This document shows, piece after piece, positions 34,701-46,049 of a stretch of 64,000 nucleotides of DNA. How positions within the stretch are numbered: position 1 is the first letter of the stretch; every line of letters begins with the position of its first letter. The stretch is from positions 95,133-159,132 of the forward strand of contig MU057822.1 of NCBI GenBank assembly GCA_013265495.1, read 5' to 3'. The position numbers were made by a program, and so were the translations under genes. The DNA comes from Vicugna vicugna (Eukaryota). The notes beneath the pieces were generated by a model, which saw nothing but the letters and a program-made list of their open reading frames with translations, did not search any database and was not told where the DNA came from.

Positions 34701-37700
34701 ACTGGCCCAGGCCCCTGGGTCAGTACTACTGCTACCAACAACAACAATCATATGGGTATTAACACATTTTGAGTGCTTACTACACGCCAGACACTGTTCT
34801 GAAAGTGTCACCTGTGTCAGTTCACTGAGTGTGGCTCCCCACTGCCACACAAATTAAGCCCAGACTTCTAGCATTTGTGGCCTCCAGATCTGCACAATCA
34901 CCCTGTGCAGAGGCAGGAGCGAGGAATCTATTTACACATTGCCCAGGTAATTGGAAACCACTGGTCTGGATGGTCTGAGGCCCCCGTGACTTGTGCATTA
35001 CAGCCCGCAGGTCTCCAAGCCTTGACTACACCTGTATCCTCTTCCTGGGCTGTTCCTTTCCCCCTGCTGAGATCCATCTCATCCAGGGTAGGCCACCTGG
35101 TTCCCAAGCTCACTCCCCCAAGCACAGTCATCATCACCCCATGTTCACCCTGCCTCTCTCAGAGCAGCAGGCAGCATAGCTGAATTCCCAAGAGCATGGG
35201 CTCCAGAGCCAGAACATCTGGGTTCAAATCCTGGCTTTGCCACCTTCCCTGCTGTGTGACCTTAGGCAAGTTACTTAACCTCTCTGTGCCACTTTCCTCC
35301 TCTGTAACATAGATTATGGGAACTCCCACTTCTGTTCTTTTCTCCAAAATGGGGGCAGATGGCTAGAAGGACGGGGCCTAGGGATCTGAAAGGATGGGTG
35401 ATGCCTGCCATTGGCTAGTCCCTCTTGGAGGGACCCTGGTCCCCCTGTGGAGGCCTCAGAGCTGGCTCACTCTGGAAGTCTCACTCCTGCTCCAATGCTG
35501 GGCTACAGCTCCCGCCCCAGTAATTATAGGGGCCTGAGGGCCTGGCTCTGCTGACCTGGCTCTGGATGGCTAAGGCTGGGAAACCACAGCCTGGCCCCGC
35601 CAGCATTTCCCCCCACCCCCCCCGAGCCTAAGGGGATCCGCCAAGGCAGGGCTGTCAAGCGCACTCACGTCTACCTGCCTCAGAGCTTCCACAGGGCAAG
35701 ATCCTGCCCCTGGCCCCCAGGGACAAGCCGAGTGGCCTCCAGGACCATCCGGCCCCCACTCGGAGCCCCAGGTTGCCCACTTGAGTGTGACATCCCTGCT
35801 GGGTCCATCCTAAGTCTTCATCACATTTGTTCTACATATGCCAACCCTCCTACCCCCATGTCAGCGCACAAACCTGGGTCATCAATGGCAGGACAACACA
35901 GTGGTCATCTCTGCAGGGACCGTGAGGATGGGACCCCCAGCCCCAAAGCCTCAACCCTCAGAGAGGCCCCACCCTGTCCCTAGAGAACCTAGATTCCAAA
36001 CTCGTCCCCATAAAGAGGACCCCAAAGCACCTCTCCCTGCCCAAGAGCCCTGCCCGCAGACCCCATCAGTCCAAGAGTAGAACCACCCCAGAGCTCAGAG
36101 AGCCCTGCCCCCGCTCCCCACCAAGCCTCTCTGCCCGGAGTGGGCGGCAACAGGCAGCCGGGCCTCTGGCCTGTGGTTCTAGTCTATCATTTGGGGCCGG
36201 CTTTCCTGGAACCAGACTCGGCCTTAGCAATTTGGGGGCTTTGCACGGCCACTCCTTTCCCATCTCAGCCTCCCCAGCCCTATCCTGGCTCAGGGACTCC
36301 CAGGACCACCAGGGGCCGGAGACAAGGTGACCACACCCTTATCTGGACCCATGGAGGGCGTGGCCTATGTGGACACAGACCTACGATAAGGTGGGGGGTG
36401 TGGGGAGAAAGGGGGTGGAGAGAGATAAGAGACCTCAGATCAGCGTAGCTCAAGCCCACGAACCCTCAGCCTTCCCTCGTGTGCTGCTTCAGGGCCGAGG
36501 CGACCTGCTCCCACTTCTCAGATGGAAAATTGAGATTCAAAAGGTGAAAGAAACAAAGGCCACAGACAGAACCAGGCAGGAGCTAGGCTGAGCTGGCCTC
36601 CAAGCTCCCAGACCTGGCCTGTGCTCCCTGTCTTACCCCAAAAAAGGCCAGAAAGAGGCAGTTCTCAACATGCACACCAACCGCCCTCACATGGGTGTTG
36701 GAAACACTGTGACTGAGTAACACCCTCCCTCCCCAGGCACCGTCCTTTACAGTTTCCAGAGCTTAATCGTGCTCCTTGCCTCGTGGGACTCCATCTGGCA
36801 AGTCCATGCTGGGCAGAGAAAGGACCATGAAGACCCCATGGGGCTACCAGGTTGTGGGTGGGAAGGGGAGACCCCAGCAAGGTCTCCATGGAGGCAAAGA
36901 ACAGAGGACAAGCAGGAGGCCAAGACCCCACCTCTAGCCTCCAAGCTCTGGCTACTGCATCCTTCTCACTTACTTCTTGCTGTGATGTATCTTACCTGAG
37001 ACTCCTCTCACCAATCCCCCAACACCAGGAGAGGCCCAGGCCCGGAGCGGACCAGCATCCGGCTTCACATCTCCTCACAGAGTAACCTGAGGCCAGCCCT
37101 TCGCCTCCAGTGCCCTGTCTGCAGAAGAGACCAGGCAAAGCCACCACAGTGCCCTCCTGCATGTACAGGAGCCATTCTGCCCAGTGTGGGGAAAGGAGGC
37201 CCCACGATCAAGGCTCCGGGCTGGACAGACAGGGACCATACGGACCACTGCCGCTACTTCCTTCCCGGAGATGCGAGGCCTGCAGCTTGTTGTGTGCCCC
37301 GCTCAGGACCAAAGGGCAGCACCACGAAAGAAGCCCCAGCCTCGGCTACGGGCGCCTGGTCTTGTCCAGGGTTGTCCAAACCTACCAACACACCTTCAGC
37401 CCAGAAGGATGGGCTTTGGGTCAGGCAAGGCTGAGTCAACACAATTCTGCTACTCAGTTGGCCAACGAGGGCCAGGCTTGTGCCAGCTCCCCACACATAT
37501 TGGGGCCACAGAGATGACCAGGCTCAGCCCCTTGAGGCTGCAGGGAGAAGCCACCCTACCTGGGAGTAGATGCAGTGATGGTGGGACAGGGAGCTGTTGA
37601 AAACCGGGAGTTAGGTGCCCAGCTCAGCCCAGAGAGTTGGGGAAAACTGCCTGGAAAGAGGGCAGAGGCACCACTGAGACCAACCAGGAGATATGAAAAA

Positions 37701-40700
37701 TGGCTGCTATAGCAGCTGGGAACAGACCTGTTTATCCCGGGAAAGGCACGTGCAGGCAGAGCCGGGGGCCAGCAGACAAGAGTTCCTGAGACCAAGTCCT
37801 GTGCCCCATACAACCCTTGGGAGCAAGTCTCTGACCACAGAAAGAGAGGAACAGAATCATCAATCTTGGATTCAGGGCTCAGAGAGGATCAGGATCTGCC
37901 TCAGGTCACACAGCCATTCTGACAAAGCCAGGAGCAGGAAGCTCAGCCCAGGAGACATTCAGAGCCCAACAGGGAACCCAGCCCCAAGAGCCTGGGGGGG
38001 AGCAAGACAGTGTCCTCTTTCCCGTCTTCTACCCTCAGGATTTCAGGCCCCCACACAAGGGCAGAAACAAAAGCCATTTCCTGTCTGGGGAAGGGACGCG
38101 GAACTCCTCCTCTCTGAGCAGCTCTGACGCAGGAGGCCTCGCTCTCAGACCAGCCTGCACCCTGCAGGCTGTGGCCCTCCTGCCCCATTCACAAAGTGGG
38201 AAACTAAGGCACAGGCTGGGCCAGTCACCGGTCCTAAGTTCCAGACTAAGGTAGTGAGTTTCAAGGCGCTTCTCTGACAGGTCAGCGGCACTGCCGAGGT
38301 GCTGGCAGAACCAGCCGAAAGATGCCTGAGGAGCAAGAAAGCAAGGAAATGGGCAGCTGGTGGTTAGTCACTGGGGTGCTGGCATTCCAGGCCGGCCTGC
38401 GGTGCACCTGGGCATGACCTACCAGACAGGCATTCTGGAATGTGGCCTTGGGACACCCCGCCCCGCAGACCTTACATGGTGCTGACCTGGCAGTGGCCAG
38501 GGCAGGGCCACTCCAGGGGCCAAAGCCACCTGAGGGGGCGGGGTGGGAGCAGTGTTGATATCCTTATCCACAAAGATAGCCACGGAGTTTGGGGCTTGAC
38601 TTGGCTTCTACGTACCCGCTGACATTGTAAAAGGCCCTGGGCCTCCGTTTCCCCAGCTGTTAGCTCTAGATAGACTCAACCAAGCAGATAAAAAAAGAGC
38701 CAAGAGCCCGTGCCTGCAGCCCCTCCTGCCCCCAGCTCAGGTGTTTGGGGAAGGTCCCATTCCTGCCAGGCCTCTGTTCCGGGCTGGATCCCTGTACTCC
38801 TCTCTCCTTCTGGGTTTATGTTAGTGAGTGGTTGCCATGGATACCAGCCTCAGCTTCTTTGGCAGAAAAGGACTCCCCTAGGGTAGGGCTCTGCCTGTCC
38901 TCACCAGCCCCCTGCTCTGCCCAATTTCAAGTGCCTGGCTGGCCAGGGGGCTGGATCAAAGGAAAAGGCAATAGGTCTCAGGAAGGCAACAGGTGTCCCA
39001 GAGAAATTGAGGGAGGATCTCTGCTCTCAAATAGCCATTCACCAACCATGAACAGGGCCTGCGCCAGCTCTCTCTGGCTGGGCCTGGTTCCAGAGCAGAA
39101 TGCTGCCACCTATACCCTCAGCTCGATTTCCATTTCACAGATGGAAGAATGGGAGCCTAGGGGCACAGGCAGCCCTGGCACCAGGACGCAGGGCTGGGAA
39201 GCAGGGACCCAGGACCCTTGCCTGAGGAGCTCCCTCCTTCCCCTGACCTGGCAGCCATGAGTGGGCTCAGAATGGAAAGTAGGTGGCTGCCAGGCTGGAA
39301 GAGGCCATGGGAGCAGGAGCCACGTGCCCTAGGGGAGCTCGAACTGCCCTGTTTAACTGAGCTGAAATTCATCTGCCCAGAGGGCTTTTGCCCATGGCCA
39401 GCAGAATCTCTGAGTTTCCAGGCCAGAAGCAGGGCGCCTGCTTTCACCTTGACCGAGAGAAGACAGCACTGGGGGTTCTGGTCCTGCACTGCTGCTGTGT
39501 GACCTTGTATGAGTGCCAGCGTTCTCCTGGCATCAGTGTCCCCGTCCACCCAAAGAGGTGGAGGGAAGGACTAAGAGGTGATTTCTGGGCTACTTCAGTT
39601 TCATCCAACTGAAGCAATTCTCAGTAAGAAAAGCAAGAGTCAGAGCCTGGCCCTTCTCATCTGCTTTTCAGACCTGCTGCCCTCAGGGGGTTCTCATGGG
39701 GAGGAGGAGAGGCCATAATTAGCCGGATCACAGGGTGGCAGGGTGGCGCTGGGAATGCTAGAGCAAAGGCAGAACCTACTGGAGTTCCCAGGATGAAGAC
39801 CAGCGCTGGTGAAGAAGGGAGGGGTTCGCCAAAGCATCCCAAAGGGGACTGTCAGAAACTGAGAAACAGGAGGACACCATGGCCAGGGCACAGCTTGGGC
39901 AGAGGCATGGAAGAGCAGTCTGCTGACATTTGTGAAGCTCTCCTAGGAGTCTGGCCTTTTCCCCCGCTCTTAAGAGACAGTCTTAGTTATGCTACACATC
40001 CCGGGAAGTGGAGGGATGAAATGATCACTCAGAAAGCTCAAGCAACATCCCCAAGGTCGCTCTCAAGAGCCTGGACTTAAACACTGGCATCAAAGACTCT
40101 AGAACTTCACCGTCCACCATGGTGTCCCCTAGCCACTGTGGCCGTTGGGCACCTGAAATGCAGCCAGTGCAAACTGACATGTGCTGTAAATGTAAAACAC
40201 AAACTGGGTTTCAAAACTCAGTAAGAAAAGTGGGCAAAATATCCCATTGATAGCTTTTCTACTGATGATATGTTGAAATATGTTAGATATATTGAGTGCA
40301 ATAAGACACATTATTCATTCATATTTCCTATTTCTTTTTACTTTTTTAATGTGGTTACTAGAAAATTTTAAGTTCCAGCCATAGCTTGCATTATATTCCT
40401 TTTGGACAGAGCTGGTCTATACCATGAAGACAGAAATGCACAGGCTTAAAGGAAGAGAGTAGGAACTTCCCCCATTTTTGATGGGGTGCCAGGACCAGAT
40501 GGTGAGGTTCTCAGGGATCAGGGGGGTGCAAATATCAAAGGTGACTGAGCAGTGGAGTGTCTGCATGCCCTCCTCTGCCCCAGCTGGCCAGCCAGCAACA
40601 GGTGGGATGACCACTCCCCTGCTGTGTCCCCCAAACCCCTAAGACACGTCAAGCCACAGTAGTTGCCATAGAGATAGTAAATCTTCCTGAAAACAGCTTG

Positions 40701-43209
40701 GTAGCAAGGGGCTGGTGGTAGGAGAGTCTACCATAAAGAGAGAGGGAGGGAGCCAGGCTTATCCGGAGAGGAAATCTGTGATGCTGTGAGTTGGGGGCGG
40801 GGTGGTGCACGAGCTCCCACCCTAGCAGGAATGGGAAGGATGCATGGTGTTTGCACAGAACTTTCCGGGCCTTCCTCTCTACTGCCCCACCCCCCTTACC
40901 AAGTCACCAAAAATTTGCTATGTTGTTCTCCCGTTCTGACTCTCGGACCCAAGTGGGGGTGGAGGCAGAAAAGCACTAGACCTCCCTGATCCCACCCTCC
41001 CACCTCAGCCCCTAGCAGTTTCCGTAAGAATAAGGCGAGGGGAGGGTCAGGAGGCTGAAAAAAATGTTTCAAGTTGTTACAGAAGCAGACCATTCATTGC
41101 CCAGCTGAGAGGGTGGAAAACACGGAGATCTCACGCCACTTTGCAGTGCACTCTCCGGACCACCTTGGACAAGGGTCGCCAGTTGCCTCGGTTCCCCAGT
41201 CTGTGTACAGAAGTCCATATTGAACTAACTACAGGCCCCCGATGTTCTCTGACTTCTCTCCACTATGTGGTGACACCTAAGCTCCCAGGTCCCAGGCAGC
41301 ATGGCCCAAGCATGACAGAGCCTGGTGCATTTGGGTGATGCTGGGTATTCCTGTTCACCAGACCCAAGTAAGAGCCTTTTGGGGACAGCCCAACCCAGAA
41401 ACTGGTGCCACTGGTACCCATTTTCAACTCCCCGCAGGAAGAGATAGAGAGAAAAGGGGTCTTGAAAGTGGGAGTCGGGGGAGGGGGAAGCCTCTACGCT
41501 TGCATCAGAATTCTCCCTTCCACTTGACACAAAACCCCATTCAACAGAGGGGGTGATTGAGTCCTGGGGAAGGGGACCCAGATGGCGTATGGTTTATGCC
41601 AGGGATCTCCTCCCTCCATAAGCACAAAGTTTTCTTTAGAGTCAGTCCCAAATTCCACCCGCTATCTTTTTTTTTTTTTTTTCCTCCTTGCAGTTTCAGA
41701 TTTTACTAAGCTGTGGTTAGGCAGGTTCTGGCCAGCATGCCAGGTACACAATCACTGCTCTCCTGTGGCAGAGAGCCTCCACAGGCTAGCTTGGCCAAAG
41801 TCCTTTTCTCTCCAGGCTGCACCATTCCCACCGAGGGGCAGCTCAATTTAGGGAAAGTTCCATACTCACAGACCCCTGAGAACTGGGGGAGGGGAGCTAG
41901 CAGACTGGAATCCCAGAACACCCTTCCATCGCCAAAGGGACCAGGGATCAACCACCTCACGAGGGGGGAAACAGACCTAAACACAAGCTAAGACCCGCCC
42001 AAGGTCACACACCAAGCACAGGAGGAGCAAATATGGGACGAGAAGAGAACTCAGTTGTTCTATCGACCCGCAACACTTCCCCAAGGCTGGTTCCAGGAGA
42101 TGCTCACAGAGGATGAGGCAGCCCCTCTCTATCCCTAGTGGCCTGCGCCCTACCCCAGGCCCCAAGCGACATGGAGCAGGAAGAGGCGTCTTCAGGCCTC
42201 TCGCAGGGGCCAGCTGCAAACCGCATCCTGGGTCCCCAGGCGCCGCGGACCCGCCCCGCCCCTCCCTCCGCTTCGCTCGTCTCCCCGCAGCCCCAAGCCT
42301 TTGTCAGCCATGCGCTCACACACACACATATCACCGCCGCCCGCGCGCACACACTTGGTCTCCTCGGGAGCACACCCGCAAGGGGCGCGCGCACTCGCCG
42401 CACGCACGCAGGGGAGTGGAGGTGGCGGAGGAAGGAAGGAACTGACGGCTACTGACAGACAGACCGCCTAGGCTGGGGGAAGGGGAGGAGAGGCCCGGGA
42501 ACCTGAGGCTGGGCGGGAGAGGGCGCGGAGGCCAGAACGCAGAAAGGCGCAAAGGAGACTCGGAAAAGAGGACAACGGATGAGATGTCAAGGGCTGGCGA
42601 GGATGCGCCGGCTACTCCAGAGGTGGGGACTCTCCCAACCCCTAGTCTGGGGGTGCAGGGGGCAGTCCTTAAATTGAACCCATGGAACATGGGGCATCAC
42701 TTGCCCAGTTGTGCCTAAGCGGAGGACCCTTAGGGGCCCCCCGAAAGGCTTGGATATAGGGAGCCTCGGACCAAAGGCTCCCCGGGCTACCTCAAGGTAG
42801 AGGGTCCTGGTTCTCGGGCTGGGTGGGGCACTTGCTCACCTGCTACGGTGTACCTGTCCAGGTAGTTGAGCACGTTGCCCAAGCTGAGGATGGCGGCGGC
42901 TGCTCCCCGCCCGCGGCCCAAGCTGGCTGGTTTGGGCTGCTGAACGCCGGGGCCCTTGCCAGCGGCTGCACTGCTTGGGGTGCTGGGGGTGCTGGGGGGT
43001 CCGGACGGGGCCCCCCTCACGCTGCCCGACAGCGTTTGCACTTCATCGTCTGCAGCCGCGACTCCAGCGGCGCTCGCTGCCCGCGCCCCACAGCAACCGC
43101 CACCGCCAGCCCCTCGCTGCGCCCCCCGGCGCCGGCGCCGCCGCTCCGCGTCCGCCTCCTCCTCCTCCGCGCCGCCCGCCGCCGCCGAGGCGCATTCCAG
43201 GCACATCAT
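10752..43209 (-). CDS. SPNS2: Spinster homolog 2, MFS sphingosine-1-phosphate exporter, complete, 549 aa
   Basis: Coding exons 43209-42840, 30412-30347, 21093-20957, 16528-16377, 16174-16108, 14834-14692, 14349-14197, 14086-13897, 13555-13490, 11584-11486, 11404-11241, 10794-10752. Lengths sum to 1650 nt (549 aa + stop) with GT-AG introns. Sequence runs [13 protein letters not shown]...[11 protein letters not shown]...[10 protein letters not shown]...[11 protein letters not shown]...MPPASVKV; D118/R119 and R200 are intact. Confidence 0.98.
11241..11404 (-). CDS. SPNS2: SPNS2 exon 11 (164 nt)
   Basis: [54 protein letters not shown]. Confidence 0.96.
11486..11584 (-). CDS. SPNS2: SPNS2 exon 10 (99 nt)
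   Basis: [33 protein letters not shown]. Confidence 0.96.
13490..13555 (-). CDS. SPNS2: SPNS2 exon 9 (66 nt)
   Basis: [22 protein letters not shown]. Confidence 0.96.
13897..14086 (-). CDS. SPNS2: SPNS2 exon 8 (190 nt)
   Basis: [40 protein letters not shown]...SSIVGAY. Confidence 0.96.
14197..14349 (-). CDS. SPNS2: SPNS2 exon 7 (153 nt)
   Basis: [50 protein letters not shown]. Confidence 0.96.
14692..14834 (-). CDS. SPNS2: SPNS2 exon 6 (143 nt)
   Basis: [47 protein letters not shown]. Confidence 0.96.
15055..15210. repeat. Degenerate (GGAT/GATA)n purine-rich simple repeat
   Basis: GATGGATAGA, GGATGGATAGATAATGGATGG runs. Confidence 0.7.
16108..16174 (-). CDS. SPNS2: SPNS2 exon 5 (67 nt)
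   Basis: [22 protein letters not shown]; donor CGG|GTAAGG. Confidence 0.96.
16377..16528 (-). CDS. SPNS2: SPNS2 exon 4 (152 nt)
   Basis: [50 protein letters not shown]. Confidence 0.97.
18105..18144. repeat. (CT)n microsatellite followed by a poly-T run
   Basis: TCTCTCTCTTTCTCTCTCTCTCTCTCTCTTTTTTTTT. Confidence 0.85.
18512..19145. repeat. Direct tandem duplication, 2 x ~318 bp
   Basis: 18512-18828 repeats at 18830-19145 with ~5 substitutions and a T12/T11 difference. Confidence 0.95.
19550..20150 (+). mobile_element. L2 fragments
   Basis: TAAATCTGACTCA, CAGCTCAAATGCCACCTCCTCCAGGAAGTCTTCCCTGACC, AAAGCTCCCTGAGGA motifs. Confidence 0.6.
20270..20635 (-). mobile_element. MIR fragments (two)
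   Basis: GGAAACTGAGACTCAGAAAAGTTAAG and GTGACTTACCTAGGGTCACACAGC cores. Confidence 0.6.
20957..21093 (-). CDS. SPNS2: SPNS2 exon 3 (137 nt)
   Basis: [46 protein letters not shown] (MFS motif A). Confidence 0.97.
21770..22360 (-). mobile_element. L2 fragment with (TTCA)n tail
   Basis: CATTCATT repeats, GCAAGTGCAAAGGCCCTGGAGCAGGA, GAGGCCAGAGTGGCTGGAGCAGAG. Confidence 0.65.
22850..23290. mobile_element. MER63-like hAT DNA transposon nested in a MIR
   Basis: Starts CAGTGCTGTGCTGATAAACATTTAAC, AT-rich core, ends GAGCCTGTCTAAGCCAGCTCC; MIR halves on both sides. Confidence 0.7.
26530..27345. mobile_element. Degenerate old L1 fragments
   Basis: T-rich L1-antisense-like block at 26530-26960; L1 3'-end-like CTGGGTGATGG...TTTTTCAGGATAAAA at 27250-27340. 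Confidence 0.45.
27764..27908 (+). mobile_element. tRNA-derived SINE, camelid Vic-1-like
   Basis: GGGG start, A-box-like TAGCTCAGGTGG, B-box-like GGTTCAATCC, then AAATAAACCTAATTACC, a C-rich stretch and an A-rich tail; degenerate target-site duplication aaaagatgtcca/aaaaggagtaca. Confidence 0.85.
30347..30412 (-). CDS. SPNS2: SPNS2 exon 2 (66 nt)
   Basis: [26 protein letters not shown] flanks. Confidence 0.96.
35185..35330 (+). mobile_element. MIR
   Basis: CTGGGTTCAAATCCTGGCTTTGCCAC...GCTGTGTGACCTTAGGCAAGTTACTTAACCTCTCTGTGCC. Confidence 0.75.
40105..40416. mobile_element. MER33/MER3-like hAT-Charlie DNA transposon
   Basis: TAGCCAC..TGGC, GTGCTGTAAATGTAAAACACA, AATGTGGTTACTAGAAAATTTTAA, TTGGACAGAGCTG; flanked by TCTA-type sites. 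Confidence 0.7.
42840..43209 (-). CDS. SPNS2: SPNS2 coding exon 1 (370 nt)
   Basis: ggcATGATG start; MMCLECAS...[10 protein letters not shown]; donor CAG|GTGAGC. Confidence 0.97.
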
Positions 43210-43409
43210 GCCGGCCGGGATCGGGGCGGCGGGGGGCGCGGGGGACGCGGGGCCCAGCTTGGGCCCACTCAGTGCGTGCGTGCGCCCCGGAGCCGCCGCT
43301 GCACCATCCCGGCCGGGCCCCGTCGGCTCCTGCGCTCCGGCCCGGCTGCGGCTCTGCCACGGTTTCAACGAGACAAGCCGCTGTCGCCGCTGAGACACTG
43401 ACAGCTGCG

Positions 43410-43480
43410 GCCCGGCCCCGCCCACCAAGCTAGCGCCCAATCAGCCCCGGGCTCGGGCCAGAGCCCCGCCCCGCACGTGC
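43410..43480 (-). promoter_or_regulatory. SPNS2 TATA-less proximal promoter
   Basis: GC boxes CCCCGCCC at 43416-43423 and 43464-43471, CCAAT at 43437-43441, E-box CACGTG at 43474-43479, all 200-270 nt upstream of the ATG. Confidence 0.65.
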
Positions 43481-46049
43481 TGCCCCCGGGGGCAGGGGGG
43501 GGCCAGGCCGCAGAGCCCCTCCCGCCCGACGGGGGCGCAGTCACTCCGGAGCCGAGTGGCCGCGGAGGCTGGCAAGGGCCAGAAGGGGTTTGGGGGAGCT
43601 ACGGAGCTGGGAGTAGCATGCGGGGAGCCGGACTCCCCAGCACCCTCTCAGTGCCCTCCCTCCCCATTCCCTACCGTGGCGGAGACTCTGGGAGAAAGCT
43701 GAAGGCTCGAGCTCAGGGCATGTGCACATCCTGGAGAGAGGGTCTCAGTTAAGTCAGGGGCGCCAGTAGGAGAGCCCGTGGCCGCTCCAGCAGCTACTCA
43801 TCCGCCATGATTTAGTTCAGGGAGGGCTGCATAAGAATCAAGTAGCTTGACTGTGGGGGCTTGGTCCAGGACTCAGGCCTCCACCAGGCACAGAAGGCTA
43901 TGTCGCCCACCTCCCCAGGGAAACACAGATCCAGCCCCCAGTCTTCCCCTGGGCCTATTCCTGTGTGCGCACCGAGGCCCTACCCCTGCCTCACAGAGAG
44001 GCAGCCTCTGGCAGGGAGAGCCAGGGCTGCAACTGGGACCCACCGGAAACAGGGCATTAAAAAGGGGCCTTCTCTCCTGAGGGCACACCAACTGTAAGCA
44101 TCAGACTTCCAGCTGTGCACTGGGGAAGGGACAAAGCCCTAAACAGGAGATAGGAGGTTGGGTCATACTGCAGTGGCATGACCATGGACAAGATCCCTAA
44201 CACTCTCTGGGTCTCAGTTTCTCTCTGTGTGGGAACCAAGGAGAAGACGATTCAGATGATCCAAAAGTCAATGCATGCTCACTCCCCGTTGGGGGAGAGG
44301 GAAAGTCCTGTGTCCTGAGGAGAGTGGCTGTGTAGCTTCTGTATTCAGGGACTCAATCTCCACTCTCACCCATCTCAAAGACGCTGTGGTTCTAGGAAAC
44401 CCCACCCCACCACCACCAATTAATTTGTTTGAGCCTTTGATTGAAATGAAGATACCGTACAAAGTGCTGAGGACAGAATGCTAGAACTAGACACCAGGAA
44501 ACCAGAATTATTCCCTGTGTTTCACACACATGTCCCAGGGCCCAGCTAGCTGCTGTCAGGGTTGGCCCTGACCCAGGTTGGTGTGACAACACTGGCCTGG
44601 GCTAGGAGCTCAGTTCCCACTTCAGGCTGCTCCAGATCCCACGTCCATCGGCAGGTGTCTCTCGAGAAGGTGTCGGCCACAGTGAGTCACGGCATAGCCA
44701 AAGGGTGACGCAGCACAAGGCACTCCCCTCCCCCTCCTGCCCCACTCTCTTGTGAGCACAGTTAATCCCCAAGCTGGTGTTTCTTGGCACCTTTGAGGTG
44801 TATTTTAAATTCTGTGAAGTGACTAAAAATATGCTTCGTCGTGTTGGGTATGAATGACTGTGACGGGAGGGTTAGGAAAACAGGTTTCATTCTGAAAGTT
44901 GCCTTGCTGCCTCTTTGCAGCTTGCTGGGTGCAGGCCTGCAAAGCTAGATGGGGGAAGTTCCACTGGGTGGCCCAGGATGACAGGTGATTAACAGGCGAG
45001 AACAGACCTAGGAGCTCCACAGGGATGGGACTGAGCTCTGGCAATGACCTTCATAACTGTGTGATGGTGCCAGCTAGAGGACAGTGCCCAGCTGTGGGAT
45101 GCAGCCAGCTGTGAAGGAGGCGCAACCATGGCACTAAGGCCAAGACAGTATAAGGAACTGTCCCCTTCCCACTCCCCAAATTCCTCATCCTTTCAGCCAC
45201 AGCCCTGCACAGGGAGGCAGTTTTAGCCCTAGACCAGAAAGGGAAGCACTCCCTTTTCACAGCACTGCCTTTCCACCACTGGCTAGGCTCCAAAACAGGG
45301 GAAGATGACAGAGTTTTGAGCCTTTTAAATTTGGGGGACCTCTGAGCTGCCACCAAACAAGTCAGTCATTCCCACTCTGTGGGTTTTTCTGGGATTTTAG
45401 TTCAAAGGCACTCTCTAGAGTGGGTCCTTGAGTGGGATAAGGGGCCACCAAGGGCAGAGTGGTAGGGAGGACAATAAGCCCCTTTGAGTTGTGTGGCCCT
45501 GGGCAAGTCACTGTGGCCTCCTGAGAGCCTCAGCTAGCATCATGGGACCATCAGCTATAGAACTTGTAGGTTCTTATGTCCATCTCACCAATAAAGAAAC
45601 TGAGACCCAGGGAAGAGAAGTAATCTGCCTAAGGTCACATAACTAGTAAATGCCAGGGCTTGCACTAAACCCAGGTATGTCTGCCCCCTAATCCAGTGTC
45701 TCCCCTACTGCTCCACAACGCTGCTTCTCCAGGCCAGAGCTTCCTCACCAACAGAACGGAGGCTGATCTCAACAATGGCTAAAGAGCCTCCTAATACTCA
45801 CTCATTAAGACCAGACCATAATTTCAAAACCAGTGGGACACAGGACATTAGTGGCCAGTGTTCCAAGGGCATACTGGGGAAATGGTGGGGATAAACATAA
45901 ATAAATAGGTTTCCTTACTGAGGAACGTATCCAGGCCTTTAACCTGAGACTGTACATTGGGAATCTCCCACAGAGAGGTATAGGCTGCCGTCTCCCCATG
46001 TGTACTTGACCACTGAACATCTTGTAAGGGGACTACAGCTTTGCAGAAC

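Larger units (their letters stand above)
42150..43640. promoter_or_regulatory. CpG island over the SPNS2 promoter, exon 1 and start of intron 1
   Basis: Very high GC and dense CpG compared with the CpG-depleted flanks; boundaries approximate. Confidence 0.85.

Noticed and set aside
43210..43440. N-terminal extension of SPNS2 (open frame back to a TTG at 43440)
   Set aside because: No ATG; the TTG falls in the CCAAT box, probably upstream of the TSS; stop-free frames are expected in CpG islands
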